Shown piece after piece: positions 39,088 through 49,022 of a stretch of DNA of 64,000 nt. The translations under genes were made by a program, and so were the position numbers. Source of the stretch: an uncultured Anaerolineales bacterium (GTDB lineage: Bacteria; Chloroflexota; Anaerolineae; Anaerolineales; UBA6663); NCBI GenBank assembly GCA_937952305.1, contig CALFZO010000053.1, positions 14,401 to 78,400 of the forward strand, in the 5' to 3' direction. Positions within the stretch are counted from its first letter, which is position 1; each line of letters begins with the position of its first letter. The notes under the pieces are model-generated. The model was not told the DNA's origin. It did no database searches and saw only the letters and a program-made list of their open reading frames with translations.

Positions 39088-39588
39088 ATGGATATTGCCA
39101 TCACCCTGCTGCGTGTGATCCACATCTTCTCGGCCATCTTCTGGGCCGGGGTCACCTTCTTCACCCTGAGCATTCTGGAGCCCACCGTCAGGGCATCCGG
39201 CCCGGAGGGCAGCCGCTTCATGGCGCGGCTGGCGACGGTCGGCGGGATGAGCCGCACGATGGGGATCGCCGGCGCCGTCGTCATCATCTCCGGCCTGCTC
39301 ATGTACGGCCCGGTCACCGGCAACCTAAACCCGGCCGTGATCTTCAACGGCCGCCTGGCGCTGACCCTGGGCGCGATCGCGGGGTTGGCCGCCGGCGTCT
39401 CGGGCTTTTTGATCCAGGGCCGCACCTCCGGGCGCCTCGCCAAACTGGGGGCCGCCATCGCCGCCCAGGGCCAGCCGCCGTCGCCGGCGCAGGCTCAGGA
39501 GCTGGCAGCGCTGCAGGCCGCCATGAGCCGCGGCACCGTGATCAGCGCCGTGCTGATGGCGCTCGCTATCCTCGGGATGTCACTGTAG
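39088..39588 (+). CDS. Hypothetical 4-TM membrane protein
   Basis: 166 aa: MDIAITLLRVIHIFSAIFWAGVTFFTLSILEP.... It lies between two cytochrome c genes. No confident family. Confidence 0.65.
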   Translation: MDIAITLLRVIHIFSAIFWAGVTFFTLSILEPTVRASGPEGSRFMARLATVGGMSRTMGIAGAVVIISGLLMYGPVTGNLNPAVIFNGRLALTLGAIAGLAAGVSGFLIQGRTSGRLAKLGAAIAAQGQPPSPAQAQELAALQAAMSRGTVISAVLMALAILGMSL

Positions 39589-39660
39589 CCCCCGGCGCCC
39601 AGACCGACTGTGATCATCCGCCAGCCGATCACCAGCGCCCCACCTCGTCCGCAACCCGCC

Positions 39661-40551
39661 ATGGACCGCGTCTTCCGCTGGATCGGCGTCGCCGTCGGCG
39701 CCCTGGCGGGTCTGCTCCTGATCGGCGTCACGGCCCTCTACACCCTGACCGAGGCGCGCCTCAACCGCGTTTACGTGATCCGGCCGGAGCCGCTCCTCAT
39801 CCCGGCCAGCGTGGACGCCACGCGCCGCGATTGGCCTTACACGCTGGTGGCGTTCTGCCGGGACTGTCACGGCCCGGACCTGGCCGGCCAGGTTTTGGAA
39901 GACGACCCGCTGATGGGCACATTCGTGTCCAGCAATCTGACGGCCGGCCGGGGCGGCATCGCCAGCTCCTATTCGGATCAAGACTGGATCCGCGCCCTCC
40001 GGCACGGCGTCCGCCCGAACGGCAAACCGCTCGTCGGCATGCCGTCTAACGTCTTCAACCGGCTGAGCGACAACGACCTGGCCGTGCTGATCGCCTTGGT
40101 GCGCGCCCAGCCGCCGGTCGATCACGAGCTGCCGGCGACGAGGCTGGGGCCGCTGGTGCGGCTGATGCTGGTGACCGGCAACCTCGGCCCGGACGCGCTG
40201 CCGGCCGAGGCCATCGACCACGCCGCCCCGCGCCCCAATGTGCCCGCGCCCGCCGTCAGCGTCGAGTATGGCCGCTACATGGCCGTGCTGTGCGCCACCT
40301 GCCACGGCGACGACATGTCCGGCGGACCGGACGCCGGCCAGGGCATGAACCTGACGCCGGGCGGCACGATCAAAGACTGGACCGAAGCCGCCTTCCTGCA
40401 GACTCTGCGCACCGGCGTGGCCCCGGACGGCCGCGCGCTGGATCCGGACCAGATGCCCTGGAACGACATCCAGAACCTGAGCGACGATCAGCTGCGCGCC
40501 ATCTGGGTCTACCTGCGCTCACTGCCGGCCATTGAAACGGAGTATCGCTGA
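39661..40551 (+). CDS. Membrane-anchored dihaem c-type cytochrome
   Basis: ORF 39610..40551 (GTG) trimmed to ATG 39661 (MDRVFRWIGVAVGALAGLLLIGV). It has two CxxCH sites (CRDCHG, CATCHG). Confidence 0.85.
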   Translation: MDRVFRWIGVAVGALAGLLLIGVTALYTLTEARLNRVYVIRPEPLLIPASVDATRRDWPYTLVAFCRDCHGPDLAGQVLEDDPLMGTFVSSNLTAGRGGIASSYSDQDWIRALRHGVRPNGKPLVGMPSNVFNRLSDNDLAVLIALVRAQPPVDHELPATRLGPLVRLMLVTGNLGPDALPAEAIDHAAPRPNVPAPAVSVEYGRYMAVLCATCHGDDMSGGPDAGQGMNLTPGGTIKDWTEAAFLQTLRTGVAPDGRALDPDQMPWNDIQNLSDDQLRAIWVYLRSLPAIETEYR

Positions 40552-40580
40552 GTCGGCCCGCCGACGGCCAGCCGCACCCG

Positions 40581-41930
40581 ATGCAAACCCTGCCGAACGC
40601 CCTCCCCGCCCAGCCGCTGCCGGCCCGCGCGCCCTGGCTGGCCTTCGGCCGCGCTGCCATCGGCGGCCTGGCCGTGCTCACGCTGGCCCTGGTGATAGCG
40701 GGCCTGCCGGCGCGGCTGGAACAACTGCTGGACCTGGCCCGCCAGAACCAGCGGGCGCTGAGCGATCTGCAGATTTCGGCCGAGGCCTACGCCGGCTACC
40801 TGCTGGCGCTGGACCTGGTGGTGGTGGCCGCGCACCTCGGCATCGCGTTCTTCGTGGCCGGCTGGTGCCGCACGCAGGCGCGCATGGCGCTGCTGGTGGC
40901 GGCGGCCCTGGTGACCAACGGCGCCCTGGTGCCGCTGGCGGCCAGCTACACCGACATCGCTTTGCCGGCGGCCTGGCGCTTGCTCGTGGAACTGGCCATC
41001 CTGGCCGGCCTGTCCACTGGGCCGCTGCTCCTCTTCGCGTTTCCGGACGGCCGCTTTGTGCCAGGTTGGACCGCCTGGCTGGCGGGAGCCTGGATCGCGT
41101 GGGTGGTGGCCGGCCTGCTCGGACCGGCCGGGGCCTGGAGCTTCCGGACGTGGCCGGCCGGGCTCGTGCTGGTGGTGCTGCTGGCGTTCGTGGCCCTGGG
41201 CATCTACGCCCAAATCCATCGTTACCTGAAAGTCTCCAACCAGGTCGAGCGCCAGCAGACCAAGTGGGCCGTGGTCGGGCTGACTGCGGCCGTGGCCGGG
41301 CCGTTCGCGTACTTCGTCCCGTTCGTGCTCTTCCCGTCGCTGCGCCAGGGCGGCGTGCCCAACTTCTTTCACCAACTCATCGGTCCGCAGTTCTTCACCA
41401 CGGTCGCGCTCACGCGCCTGGCCGGCGCCACCGCGCTGACCCTGGTGCTGCTGGCCTTCCCGCTCTCGTTCGCCGTGGCCGTCCTGCGCTACCGGCTGTG
41501 GGACATCGACCTGATCATCCGGCGCACGCTGGTGTACTCGGTGCTGACGGCGCTGTTGGCCCTGGCCTATCTGGTCCTGGTCATCGCGCTGCAGAGCCTC
41601 CTGCGCGGCGTGGCCGGCGAGGAGTCGCCGCTGGCCGTGGTCGTCTCGACGCTGGCGATTGCCGCCCTGGCCGCGCCGCTGCGCCGGCGTGTGCAGACCG
41701 CCATCGACCAGCGCTTCTACCGGCACGCCTACGACTCGGCCCGCACGCTGGCCGGCTTCGCCCAGACGGTGCGCGACGAGACCGACCTGGACGCGATGGC
41801 GGCCCGGCTGGTGACAGTGGTGGCCGACACGATGCAGCCCGAACACGTCACGCTGTGGCTCAAGCCGCTGTCCGACCTGCGCCCGGTGCGGACACGCCCG
41901 GCCGCGCCCGGTGAGCCGCGCCCGCGTTAG
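40581..41930 (+). CDS. Orphan multi-TM sensor-like membrane protein, paralogue 1 of 6 (no output domain)
   Basis: 449 aa with about 10 predicted TM helices. Family signature: VERQQTKW ... LRYRLWDIDLIIRRTLVYSVLTALLALAYLVLV ... LAVVVSTLAIAALAAPLRRRVQTAIDQRFYRHAYDSARTLAGFAQTVRDETDLDAMAARLVTVVADTMQPEHVTLWLKP, then the protein ends. Confidence 0.8.
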   Translation: MQTLPNALPAQPLPARAPWLAFGRAAIGGLAVLTLALVIAGLPARLEQLLDLARQNQRALSDLQISAEAYAGYLLALDLVVVAAHLGIAFFVAGWCRTQARMALLVAAALVTNGALVPLAASYTDIALPAAWRLLVELAILAGLSTGPLLLFAFPDGRFVPGWTAWLAGAWIAWVVAGLLGPAGAWSFRTWPAGLVLVVLLAFVALGIYAQIHRYLKVSNQVERQQTKWAVVGLTAAVAGPFAYFVPFVLFPSLRQGGVPNFFHQLIGPQFFTTVALTRLAGATALTLVLLAFPLSFAVAVLRYRLWDIDLIIRRTLVYSVLTALLALAYLVLVIALQSLLRGVAGEESPLAVVVSTLAIAALAAPLRRRVQTAIDQRFYRHAYDSARTLAGFAQTVRDETDLDAMAARLVTVVADTMQPEHVTLWLKPLSDLRPVRTRPAAPGEPRPR

Positions 41931-41983
41931 CCAAAAATGCCGCTGCGACGGCCACTCACCTAAAGGGGTGCAACACAACCACC

Positions 41984-43537
41984 ATGCCCACACGCCAAAC
42001 CGCCCTCGCCCTCAGCCTGGCCAGCGCCCTGCTCTTCTCCGCGTGCAGCGGTCCGGCCGGCCCCGCCCTCACGCCCGCCGGCCCGACCGAGACCGGCAGC
42101 AACGCGCCGGCCGCCGCGACGCTGACCCCACCCGCGGCCACCCCCCCCCCGGCCGGCCGATCAGCCCGGCTCTCCGAATTGCGCCGCCAGGTGGAGGCGC
42201 AGACACAAGCCGAGGGCGATTGGAGCACGGCCGCCGAGGGTACGCAGATCCGGGCCGGCGGCGGCGCGCGCACCGGGGCGGCCGCGTTTGTGCGCCTGGA
42301 TATCTCCGATGGCAGCCGCGTGCGCCTGGCCGGGAACTCGGTCTTTCAGTTGACCGAGCTTTCGCCCGGCGAGGCCGACCCGGTGACCCGGCTGAAACTC
42401 GAAGCGGGCCAGATCTGGATCATGGTCACCAAGCTGCTCGGCGCCGGCTCCTTCGAGGTGGAGACGCCGACCGGCGTCGCCACGGTGCGCGGCTCGCTGA
42501 TGAGCACGCGCTACGATCCGGCCTCCGGCCAGGTGGTGGTCAGCTGCCTGGAAGGCGCCTGCCGGCTCACCGGGACCAGCGGGCAGAGTGTGGATCTGGT
42601 CCCCGGCCAGCAGACCGAGATCCTGGGCCCCGGCCAGGACCCGATGCCCGCGCACCCGATGGACGCCGAGCAGTTAGCCGGCTGGGCCGGCAACTTCCCC
42701 GAGGGCGCCGAACTGGTGAAAGCCGTTGAGCCCGGCCCGGCCGTGAGCGGCCTGATCACGCCCACGCTCGCAGTACCGGCCGGCCACGTCATCAGCGGCT
42801 ACTGGCTGGACACCTATGGCGACACCACCGTCGAGGGCGAGTGCCTGCAGGGCGCCGCGGGCAACGGCGGCGGCGATGGGCTGAGCCCGGACGAGCGACC
42901 GCTGACGCCGGTGCGCCAGGTGGAGGACGGCTCGGCCATCTGGGTGTACGACGCGCGGCAGAGCTTCGCCCAAATCGACGCCGGCGTGTACGCGCGCGAA
43001 AACACTTATGAGACCATGAGTTTCGACCAGCAGTTTCAGCCGATCACGGTCACGCTCACGTTTCGCGACGAGCTGCGCGTCCTGGCCCCGGACCGGATCG
43101 AATGGCTCACGACCAACAGCGAAAAGGGCGGCTGCCTCACCCGTTACACGCGCACCCTGGACCTGGTGCGCGCCGAGCCGCTGGTGCTGCTGCCGGGCCG
43201 GCCGCCGTTTCCGGGCGAGTACGCGGTGACATGGCGCACAGACGCCTGCCCGCCGGAACTGGCCGCGGCCGTGCCGGCGTTCGACCGGATTCGGGTGACG
43301 CCGGCCTACGACGGGGGCCTGATCCTGTACGGGCCGGACTTCTATCAGCAGCTGGAGGCGGACGAAGACGGGGCCTACGTCTGGGAGCAGGCCGCCGAGT
43401 CTGGCGCCCGCTTCCGGCTCTCCCTGGACGTGGACGATCCCCGGCATCTCTACCCCACCTGGAGTGTTTTCAAAGGTGCGGGCGAGCATTGCAGCGGCGT
43501 CGGCGAGCTGCGCTTTCAGAAGCCCCCGGCCCCGTGA
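41984..43537 (+). CDS. Lipoprotein with FecR-like domain and large C-terminal domain of unknown function
   Basis: Lipobox LLFSAC after MPTRQTALALSLASA. FecR-like stretch: VRLDISDGSRVRLAGNSVFQLTEL...LKLEAGQIWIMV...FEVETPTGVATVRGS. Confidence 0.8.
   Translation: MPTRQTALALSLASALLFSACSGPAGPALTPAGPTETGSNAPAAATLTPPAATPPPAGRSARLSELRRQVEAQTQAEGDWSTAAEGTQIRAGGGARTGAAAFVRLDISDGSRVRLAGNSVFQLTELSPGEADPVTRLKLEAGQIWIMVTKLLGAGSFEVETPTGVATVRGSLMSTRYDPASGQVVVSCLEGACRLTGTSGQSVDLVPGQQTEILGPGQDPMPAHPMDAEQLAGWAGNFPEGAELVKAVEPGPAVSGLITPTLAVPAGHVISGYWLDTYGDTTVEGECLQGAAGNGGGDGLSPDERPLTPVRQVEDGSAIWVYDARQSFAQIDAGVYARENTYETMSFDQQFQPITVTLTFRDELRVLAPDRIEWLTTNSEKGGCLTRYTRTLDLVRAEPLVLLPGRPPFPGEYAVTWRTDACPPELAAAVPAFDRIRVTPAYDGGLILYGPDFYQQLEADEDGAYVWEQAAESGARFRLSLDVDDPRHLYPTWSVFKGAGEHCSGVGELRFQKPPAP
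42141..42150 (+). repeat. Homopolymeric C10 tract inside the lipoprotein CDS (encodes PPP)
   Basis: Direct read: cca cccccccccc ggcc, in frame as ACC CCC CCC CCG (ATPPPAG). Confidence 0.9.
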
Positions 43538-43648
43538 CCGGCGCCGAGCGCCAAACCCGAGGAAGCGGGCCGCGGGGGCTTGGTAACGCTTTTCGTAACG
43601 GCCAGGGGACGGACTGGCCGTATCCTACTGCCAAGCTGGAGTCCGAAC

Positions 43649-45130
43649 ATGACACCTGAGAGCGGGTTTGATTTGATCGTGGTCGGTGGCGGCCCCGCCG
43701 GCGTAACCGCGGCGCTGCGCGCCCGGGAACTGGGCGCCAGCGTGGCCCTGGTGGAGCGCGGCCGGCTGGGCGGCACCTGCACCAACGACGGCTGCGCGCC
43801 GACGCGCGTGCTGGCCAAGGCCGCGCGCCTGGTCCGCGACGCCGAGCAGTTCGACGAGTACGGGCTGACGCCCCACCAGCCGGAGGTAGATCTGCCCCGG
43901 CTGCTGGCGCGCACCCAGCAAGTGGTCTACCGCCTGCAGGAGAAGAAGCAGCTCATCGACCACCTGGCCGGCACGGGCGTGGCCGTGTACGCGGACGCCG
44001 GCCCGGCGCGCTTTGCGGACGCCCGCACCCTGGCCCTGGCGGATGGGCGCACCCTGACCGGCGACAAATTCATCCTGGCGGCCGGCGGCCACGCCCGGCG
44101 TCTGCCCTTCCCCGGCGCCGAACTGGCCCTGACGCACAGCGACGTCTGGACGCTCACGCGCCTGCCGCGCTCGCTGGCCGTGGTCGGCGCGGCGGCCACC
44201 GGCTGCCAGTTAGCGTCCATCTTCGCGGCCTTCGGGACCGAGGTCCATCTGCTGGAAGTGCTGCCGCGCCTCGTGCCGGCCGAGGACGAGGCCGTGTCGG
44301 CGGCGCTGACCGCTGCCTTCCAGGCGCGCGGCCTGGACGTGGTCACCGGCCTGGCGGGCGTGGACCGGATCGAGCAGACCGGGGACGGACTCGCCCTGCA
44401 CTACCGGATGGCCGCGCAGTCGAACGGGTCCGCCAGCGAGGGGCGCGTCCTAACCGTCGAGGCCGTGGTGCTCTCGGTGGGCTGGATCGGCAATCTGGAG
44501 GCGCTCAACCTGGAAGCCGCCGGCGTCGCCACACAGCGCGGCTACGTGACCGTGGACGACACCTTGCGGACCTCAGCCGCGCACATCTGGGCGGCCGGCG
44601 ACATTACGGGGCGCATGATGCTGGTGCAGAGCGCGGGCCATGACGCGCGCGTGGCCGTGGAGAATGCCCTGCTTGGGAGCGGACGCCAGTACCGGCACAC
44701 GGTGGTCCCGCACGGCGGCTTCACCGACCCCGAGTACGGGAGCGTGGGCCTGACCGAAACCCAGGCGCTGAGCCAGCATCCGGATTGTGTCGTGGCACTG
44801 GTGCCTTACGGCGACATCGACCGGGCCGTGATCGACGACCGGACCGAGGGCTTCTGCAAGCTGATTGTGTCCCGCGGTACGCGCGAGATCCTGGGCGCGC
44901 ACGTGGTGGGCGAGCAGGCCGTGGAGATCGTGCAGATCGCGGCGGCCGGCATGGCGGCCGGGATGAAGATTGAGCAATTGGCCGAGCTGGAACTGGCCTA
45001 CCCGACCTTCACGGCCATCCTGGGCCTGGCCGCGCGCCAGATCGTGCGCACGCTGGGCCTGACGCCGCTGGCCGAGGAATGGCGCACGCTCAAGCGGTTG
45101 GCCGGGGCGGAGTGGGAGCGCGGCCAATGA
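43649..45130 (+). CDS. Class I pyridine nucleotide-disulfide oxidoreductase (dihydrolipoamide dehydrogenase / mercuric reductase-like)
   Basis: ORF 43580..45130 trimmed to ATG 43649 (GGAG 8 nt upstream): MTPESGFDLIVVGGGPAGVTAALRA...GGTCTNDGCAPTR (redox CxxxxC), a second GxGxxG in VVGAAATGCQLA, and a C-terminal dimerisation domain with AYPTFTA in place of HPT. Confidence 0.9.
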   Translation: MTPESGFDLIVVGGGPAGVTAALRARELGASVALVERGRLGGTCTNDGCAPTRVLAKAARLVRDAEQFDEYGLTPHQPEVDLPRLLARTQQVVYRLQEKKQLIDHLAGTGVAVYADAGPARFADARTLALADGRTLTGDKFILAAGGHARRLPFPGAELALTHSDVWTLTRLPRSLAVVGAAATGCQLASIFAAFGTEVHLLEVLPRLVPAEDEAVSAALTAAFQARGLDVVTGLAGVDRIEQTGDGLALHYRMAAQSNGSASEGRVLTVEAVVLSVGWIGNLEALNLEAAGVATQRGYVTVDDTLRTSAAHIWAAGDITGRMMLVQSAGHDARVAVENALLGSGRQYRHTVVPHGGFTDPEYGSVGLTETQALSQHPDCVVALVPYGDIDRAVIDDRTEGFCKLIVSRGTREILGAHVVGEQAVEIVQIAAAGMAAGMKIEQLAELELAYPTFTAILGLAARQIVRTLGLTPLAEEWRTLKRLAGAEWERGQ

Positions 45131-46383
45131 AACCTCTGGCCTGGGCGATTTTCGCGCTGGCCACCCTGAGCGGCCTGGCCGGAGCGGGCGTGGCGCTGGG
45201 CCGCGCCGAAACGGCGAACTCGCTAGTGACGATCGTTGACCTGAGCGCGTGGGTGAGCATGCCGCTCGCCTTCGGCGGCGTCGGCGCACTGATCGTCTCC
45301 CGGCTGCCGCGCCAGCCGATCGGCTGGCTGCTGCTCTGCCCGGCCGCCCTGTCCGGGGGTATCGTCCCGCTGACTCTCTATCTGCAAGCGCTGGCCGCGG
45401 CCCCGGCGCCGCCGCCGGCCAGCCTGCCGCTGTTGTTGCTGCTCTGGTTCTCCAACTGGGGCTGGCTGCTGCTGATCCAGCCGATCGGCCTGATCGCACT
45501 GCTCTTCCCGACCGGCCGGCCGCCCGGGTCGCGCTGGGGCTGGCTGCTGCCGGCGACGGCCGCCCTGGCGGCGGCCTTTATCATCGTCGTGACGCTGCAG
45601 CGCCAGATCGCCTGGCCGGACGACCCGCGCCTCGCGCTGGCCAACCCGCTCGGCCTGCTCGACCAGGCGGCGGCCGAGCAGGGTGTCGTGGTCTGGATCG
45701 GCTGCCAGGCGCTGATCATGGCCCTCTCGGGGGCCGCCTTGCTGGCCCGCTTCCGCCGCGCCGACCCCGTCGAGAAGGCGCAGATCCGCTGGCTGCTCAG
45801 CGCCAGCGGCCTCTTCCTGACGATCTACATCCTCAGCCAGGTCAGCGGCGCTGGCGGCAGCGAGGGCCTGGCCGGCGACCTGAGCGCCACCGCTCTCAAC
45901 CTGACCCTGCCGCTCATCCCAATCGCCATCGGCATCGCCATTCTGCGGCACCGGCTGTTCGACATCGACCTGATCATCCGGCGCACACTGATCTATTCCA
46001 CGCTCACCGCCCTGCTGGCGCTGACCTACTTCGGCCTGGTGCTCGTGCTTCAAGGCGCGGTCGGCGCGCTGGGCGGCGCGCGCTCAGAGTGGATCACGGT
46101 CGCGTCCACGCTGGCTGTGGCCGCGCTGGTCGCGCCCCTGCGCGCGCGCGTCCAGGCCTTCATCGACCGGCGCTTTTTCCGCCGCAAGTACGACGCGGCG
46201 CGCACGCTGGCCGGCTTCGCGGCCGTGGCCCGCGATGAAACTGATCTGGGCGTGTTGACCGGCAAACTGGCCGGCGTCGTCCAGGGGACGATGGAGCCGG
46301 AGACGGTCGGCGTGTGGCTGAGACCGTCATCCCCCGGCCTGCCTCTCAACGACCAGGAAGACCTCAGCGCCTGGAGGACGTGA
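45127..46383 (+). CDS. Orphan multi-TM sensor-like membrane protein, paralogue 2 of 6
   Basis: ORF 45079..46383 trimmed to ATG 45127 (ATGA overlap with the preceding stop): MKPLAWAIFALATLSGLAG... VEKAQIRW ... LRHRLFDIDLIIRRTLIYSTLTALLALTYFGLV ... IDRRFFRRKYDAARTLAGFAAVARDETDLGVLTGKLAGVVQGTMEPETVGVWLRP, ending soon after. Confidence 0.8.
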   Translation: MKPLAWAIFALATLSGLAGAGVALGRAETANSLVTIVDLSAWVSMPLAFGGVGALIVSRLPRQPIGWLLLCPAALSGGIVPLTLYLQALAAAPAPPPASLPLLLLLWFSNWGWLLLIQPIGLIALLFPTGRPPGSRWGWLLPATAALAAAFIIVVTLQRQIAWPDDPRLALANPLGLLDQAAAEQGVVVWIGCQALIMALSGAALLARFRRADPVEKAQIRWLLSASGLFLTIYILSQVSGAGGSEGLAGDLSATALNLTLPLIPIAIGIAILRHRLFDIDLIIRRTLIYSTLTALLALTYFGLVLVLQGAVGALGGARSEWITVASTLAVAALVAPLRARVQAFIDRRFFRRKYDAARTLAGFAAVARDETDLGVLTGKLAGVVQGTMEPETVGVWLRPSSPGLPLNDQEDLSAWRT

Positions 46384-46787
46384 TGGACACAGCCAGCAAG
46401 GTGCTCGTCGCAAGCGGGGTGCTCAACCTGGCCTTCGGCCTGCTGGTGGGCGCGCTGCTGGCCGTCTTGCGGACCCGGAATCCGGAGGCCGAGCACCGCT
46501 ACCTGCTCACGGCTCACAAGGCCGGCCTGCAGCAGGGCCTGATGCTGCTCGGCCTGACCTGGGCCGTAGCGCTCTCGCCGCTGGCGGCGGGCACAGAGAC
46601 TCTGGCCGCCGGCTTGCTGGCGGCCTCCAGCGCCTTCCTGGACCTGGCGGCCGTGGTCAACTGGGCGCTGCGCGTCGGTGACGAGTTCAAGGCCAGGTCG
46701 CCGGGCCTGATCGTGGGCGGGGTCTCGGCCGCGCTCTCGATGCCGGGGCTGGCCATCCTGGCCTGGGGCGTCTTTCAGGGGCTGTGA
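46383..46787 (+). CDS. Hypothetical 4-TM membrane protein
   Basis: ORF 46314..46787 trimmed to ATG 46383 (TGATG overlap with the previous stop): MDTASKVLVASGVLNLAFGLLVGALLAVL.... No family recognised. Confidence 0.6.
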   Translation: MDTASKVLVASGVLNLAFGLLVGALLAVLRTRNPEAEHRYLLTAHKAGLQQGLMLLGLTWAVALSPLAAGTETLAAGLLAASSAFLDLAAVVNWALRVGDEFKARSPGLIVGGVSAALSMPGLAILAWGVFQGL

Positions 46788-46793
46788 AGCATC

Positions 46794-48077
46794 ATGCAAC
46801 CGGCCGCTTCCCCCCGCTCTCGTCTCTGGCTGGCCTGGGGGCTGTGCGCCGCAGCCGGTCTGATCCTGGCGGCCGACGTCCTGCTCACGCTGGCCTCCGG
46901 ACTGACGCCGGAGGCCGCCTTCACCGAAGCGCTCTTCGTCCTGCCCGTCTTCGCCTATAGCGTTCTGGGCGCTCTGATCGTCACCTATCGGTCCGAGAAC
47001 CGCGTCGGCTGGCTGCTCCTGGCCGGCGGCCCGCTGCTGGCGCTGAGCCTCCTGGCGGACGATACGCTCCGCTATGGCTACACGGTCATGGCCGCCCCGC
47101 CGGCCGGCCTGGACGGTATGGCCGCGCTTTACGATACGATCGGCCTGGCGCCCGCGTACCTCTTGTTCGTCCTGCTGCCCCTGTGGTTCCCCACCGGCCG
47201 CTTCGTCTCCGCCGGCTGGCGGCGCCTGGCCTGGGGCGCGGCCGGCCTGATGTCGGCCGTGGGCCTGGCCCAGCTTTTTCTGCGGGACGCCATCGACCTC
47301 GACCCATCCCACGGGATTGCGCTCGTGGTGGACAACCCGCTGGCGCTCTCGTTCGCGCCCCCCGTCCTGGCTCGGGCGGATTGGTTTGCGATCACCACGC
47401 CGATCTTCGCGCTCAGCATCCTGGCCGGGGTGCTCTCGCAGGTCGCGCGCTACCGGCGCGCCCGCGGCGACGAGCGCCAGCAAATCAAGTGGTTCGTGTT
47501 TCTGGCCGGCGTGGTGCTCATCCCGTATATGACCCTGCTCATGGCGCAGGCCAGCCTCATCCCCGAGATCGGTGATTCGCGGCTCAGTTTCGTCTTCCAG
47601 ATCCTGGGCCTGCTGACCTTCCCGGCCGGGATCGGGGTCGCGGTCTTCAAGTACCAGCTGTATCACATCGACGTCATCATCCGCCGGACCCTGATCTATT
47701 CGACCCTGACCGGCCTGCTGGCCCTCACCTATCTGGGCTTGGTGATCTCTCTTCAGAGTGCAGTCAGCGTCTTCGGCGGCGCGCGCTCGGAGTGGATCAC
47801 GGTGGCGTCCACGCTGGCGGTCGCCGCCCTGGTGGCGCCGCTGCGCGGGCGGGTGCAGCGCTTCATCGACCGGCGCTTCTTCCGCCACAAGTACAACGCC
47901 CAGGAGGTGCTGGCCGATTTCGCCGCCGCCGCGCGCGACGAGACCGACCTGCACGCGCTGACCCGGAAACTGGCCGGCGTGGTGCGCGAGACGATGGAGC
48001 CCGAGAACTTGGGCGTGTGGCTGCGGCCGGCCGCAGACCTGTCGGGTCGCCGGGATAACAGACGCGAGGCCTCATAG
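46794..48077 (+). CDS. Orphan multi-TM sensor-like membrane protein, paralogue 3 of 6
   Basis: 427 aa: GDERQQIKW ... FKYQLYHIDVIIRRTLIYSTLTGLLALTYLGLV ... IDRRFFRHKYNAQEVLADFAAAARDETDLHALTRKLAGVVRETMEPENLGVWLRP, ending soon after. Confidence 0.8.
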   Translation: MQPAASPRSRLWLAWGLCAAAGLILAADVLLTLASGLTPEAAFTEALFVLPVFAYSVLGALIVTYRSENRVGWLLLAGGPLLALSLLADDTLRYGYTVMAAPPAGLDGMAALYDTIGLAPAYLLFVLLPLWFPTGRFVSAGWRRLAWGAAGLMSAVGLAQLFLRDAIDLDPSHGIALVVDNPLALSFAPPVLARADWFAITTPIFALSILAGVLSQVARYRRARGDERQQIKWFVFLAGVVLIPYMTLLMAQASLIPEIGDSRLSFVFQILGLLTFPAGIGVAVFKYQLYHIDVIIRRTLIYSTLTGLLALTYLGLVISLQSAVSVFGGARSEWITVASTLAVAALVAPLRGRVQRFIDRRFFRHKYNAQEVLADFAAAARDETDLHALTRKLAGVVRETMEPENLGVWLRPAADLSGRRDNRREAS

Positions 48078-48116
48078 TGGGATACGACCCGACAGGTCTA
48101 GCGTGAGGATGCGATC

Positions 48117-49022
48117 ATGCCAAGCTGGCAAAACCTCGTCCTCCATCTCTCTCAACTAGGCTTTCGGGCCTTTACCCGGCGTTTCACCGGTCTGGACGTG
48201 GCGCAAGAGCGCCGCCAGGCGGCGCTGGCGGAGAAGATGTTCAAGGTGAAGCCATCCGTTCAGATCTCGGCTGTCACCGCCGATGACGTGCCGGCGGAAT
48301 GGATTACCCCTGTTGGCCCTTTCACCGACCGGGTGGCGCTCTATGTGCACGGCGGCGCCTTCTATTCTGGGTCGCTGGCCGGGACACGCCCAGTGGCTGC
48401 CGAGGTGGCGCTGGCCGGCCAGGCGCGCGTGCTGTCGATTGACTATCGTCTGACGCCCGAACATCCTTTCCCGGCGGCGCTCGATGATGCGCGAAAGGCG
48501 TATGAATGGCTGCTGGCCGACGGCTTGGCCCCGGAAGCCATCGTGTTGGTCGGCGACTCAGCCGGCGGCAATCTGGCGCTGGCGCTGTTGATTCAACTGC
48601 GTGATCAGGGCCGGCCCTTGCCGCGGGCCGCCGTCTGCCTGTCCCCGGCCACCGACCTCACGCTGTCTGGAGATACCTGGACTTTGAATGCGCGTCGGGA
48701 CCTGTTATTGAACCCGGAGAAAATCCGGGCGGCCATCGACCTTTACCTGCGCGGCGCGGACCCGCGCACGCCGCTGGCCTCGCCGCTCTATGCCGATCTG
48801 CGCGGCCTGCCGCCGCTGTTGATCCTGGCCGGGTCGGAGGAACGCCTGCTCTCCGACGCCACGCGCTTCACCGAAAAAGCCCGGACGGCGGGCGTGACGG
48901 TAACGCTGGAAATCTGGGACGGCATGCAGCACGGCTGGCATGTCCTGCACGGCTTCCTGCCGGAGGGCTGGCGGGCGCTCGAGCGGGTCGGGGCTTTCAT
49001 TCAGGACGCCGGCCGCCCATGA
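48117..49022 (+). CDS. Alpha/beta hydrolase fold-3 esterase/lipase (HSL family)
   Basis: 301 aa with oxyanion motif VHGGAFYSGS and nucleophile elbow GDSAGGNLA. GAGGA RBS. Confidence 0.85.
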   Translation: MPSWQNLVLHLSQLGFRAFTRRFTGLDVAQERRQAALAEKMFKVKPSVQISAVTADDVPAEWITPVGPFTDRVALYVHGGAFYSGSLAGTRPVAAEVALAGQARVLSIDYRLTPEHPFPAALDDARKAYEWLLADGLAPEAIVLVGDSAGGNLALALLIQLRDQGRPLPRAAVCLSPATDLTLSGDTWTLNARRDLLLNPEKIRAAIDLYLRGADPRTPLASPLYADLRGLPPLLILAGSEERLLSDATRFTEKARTAGVTVTLEIWDGMQHGWHVLHGFLPEGWRALERVGAFIQDAGRP

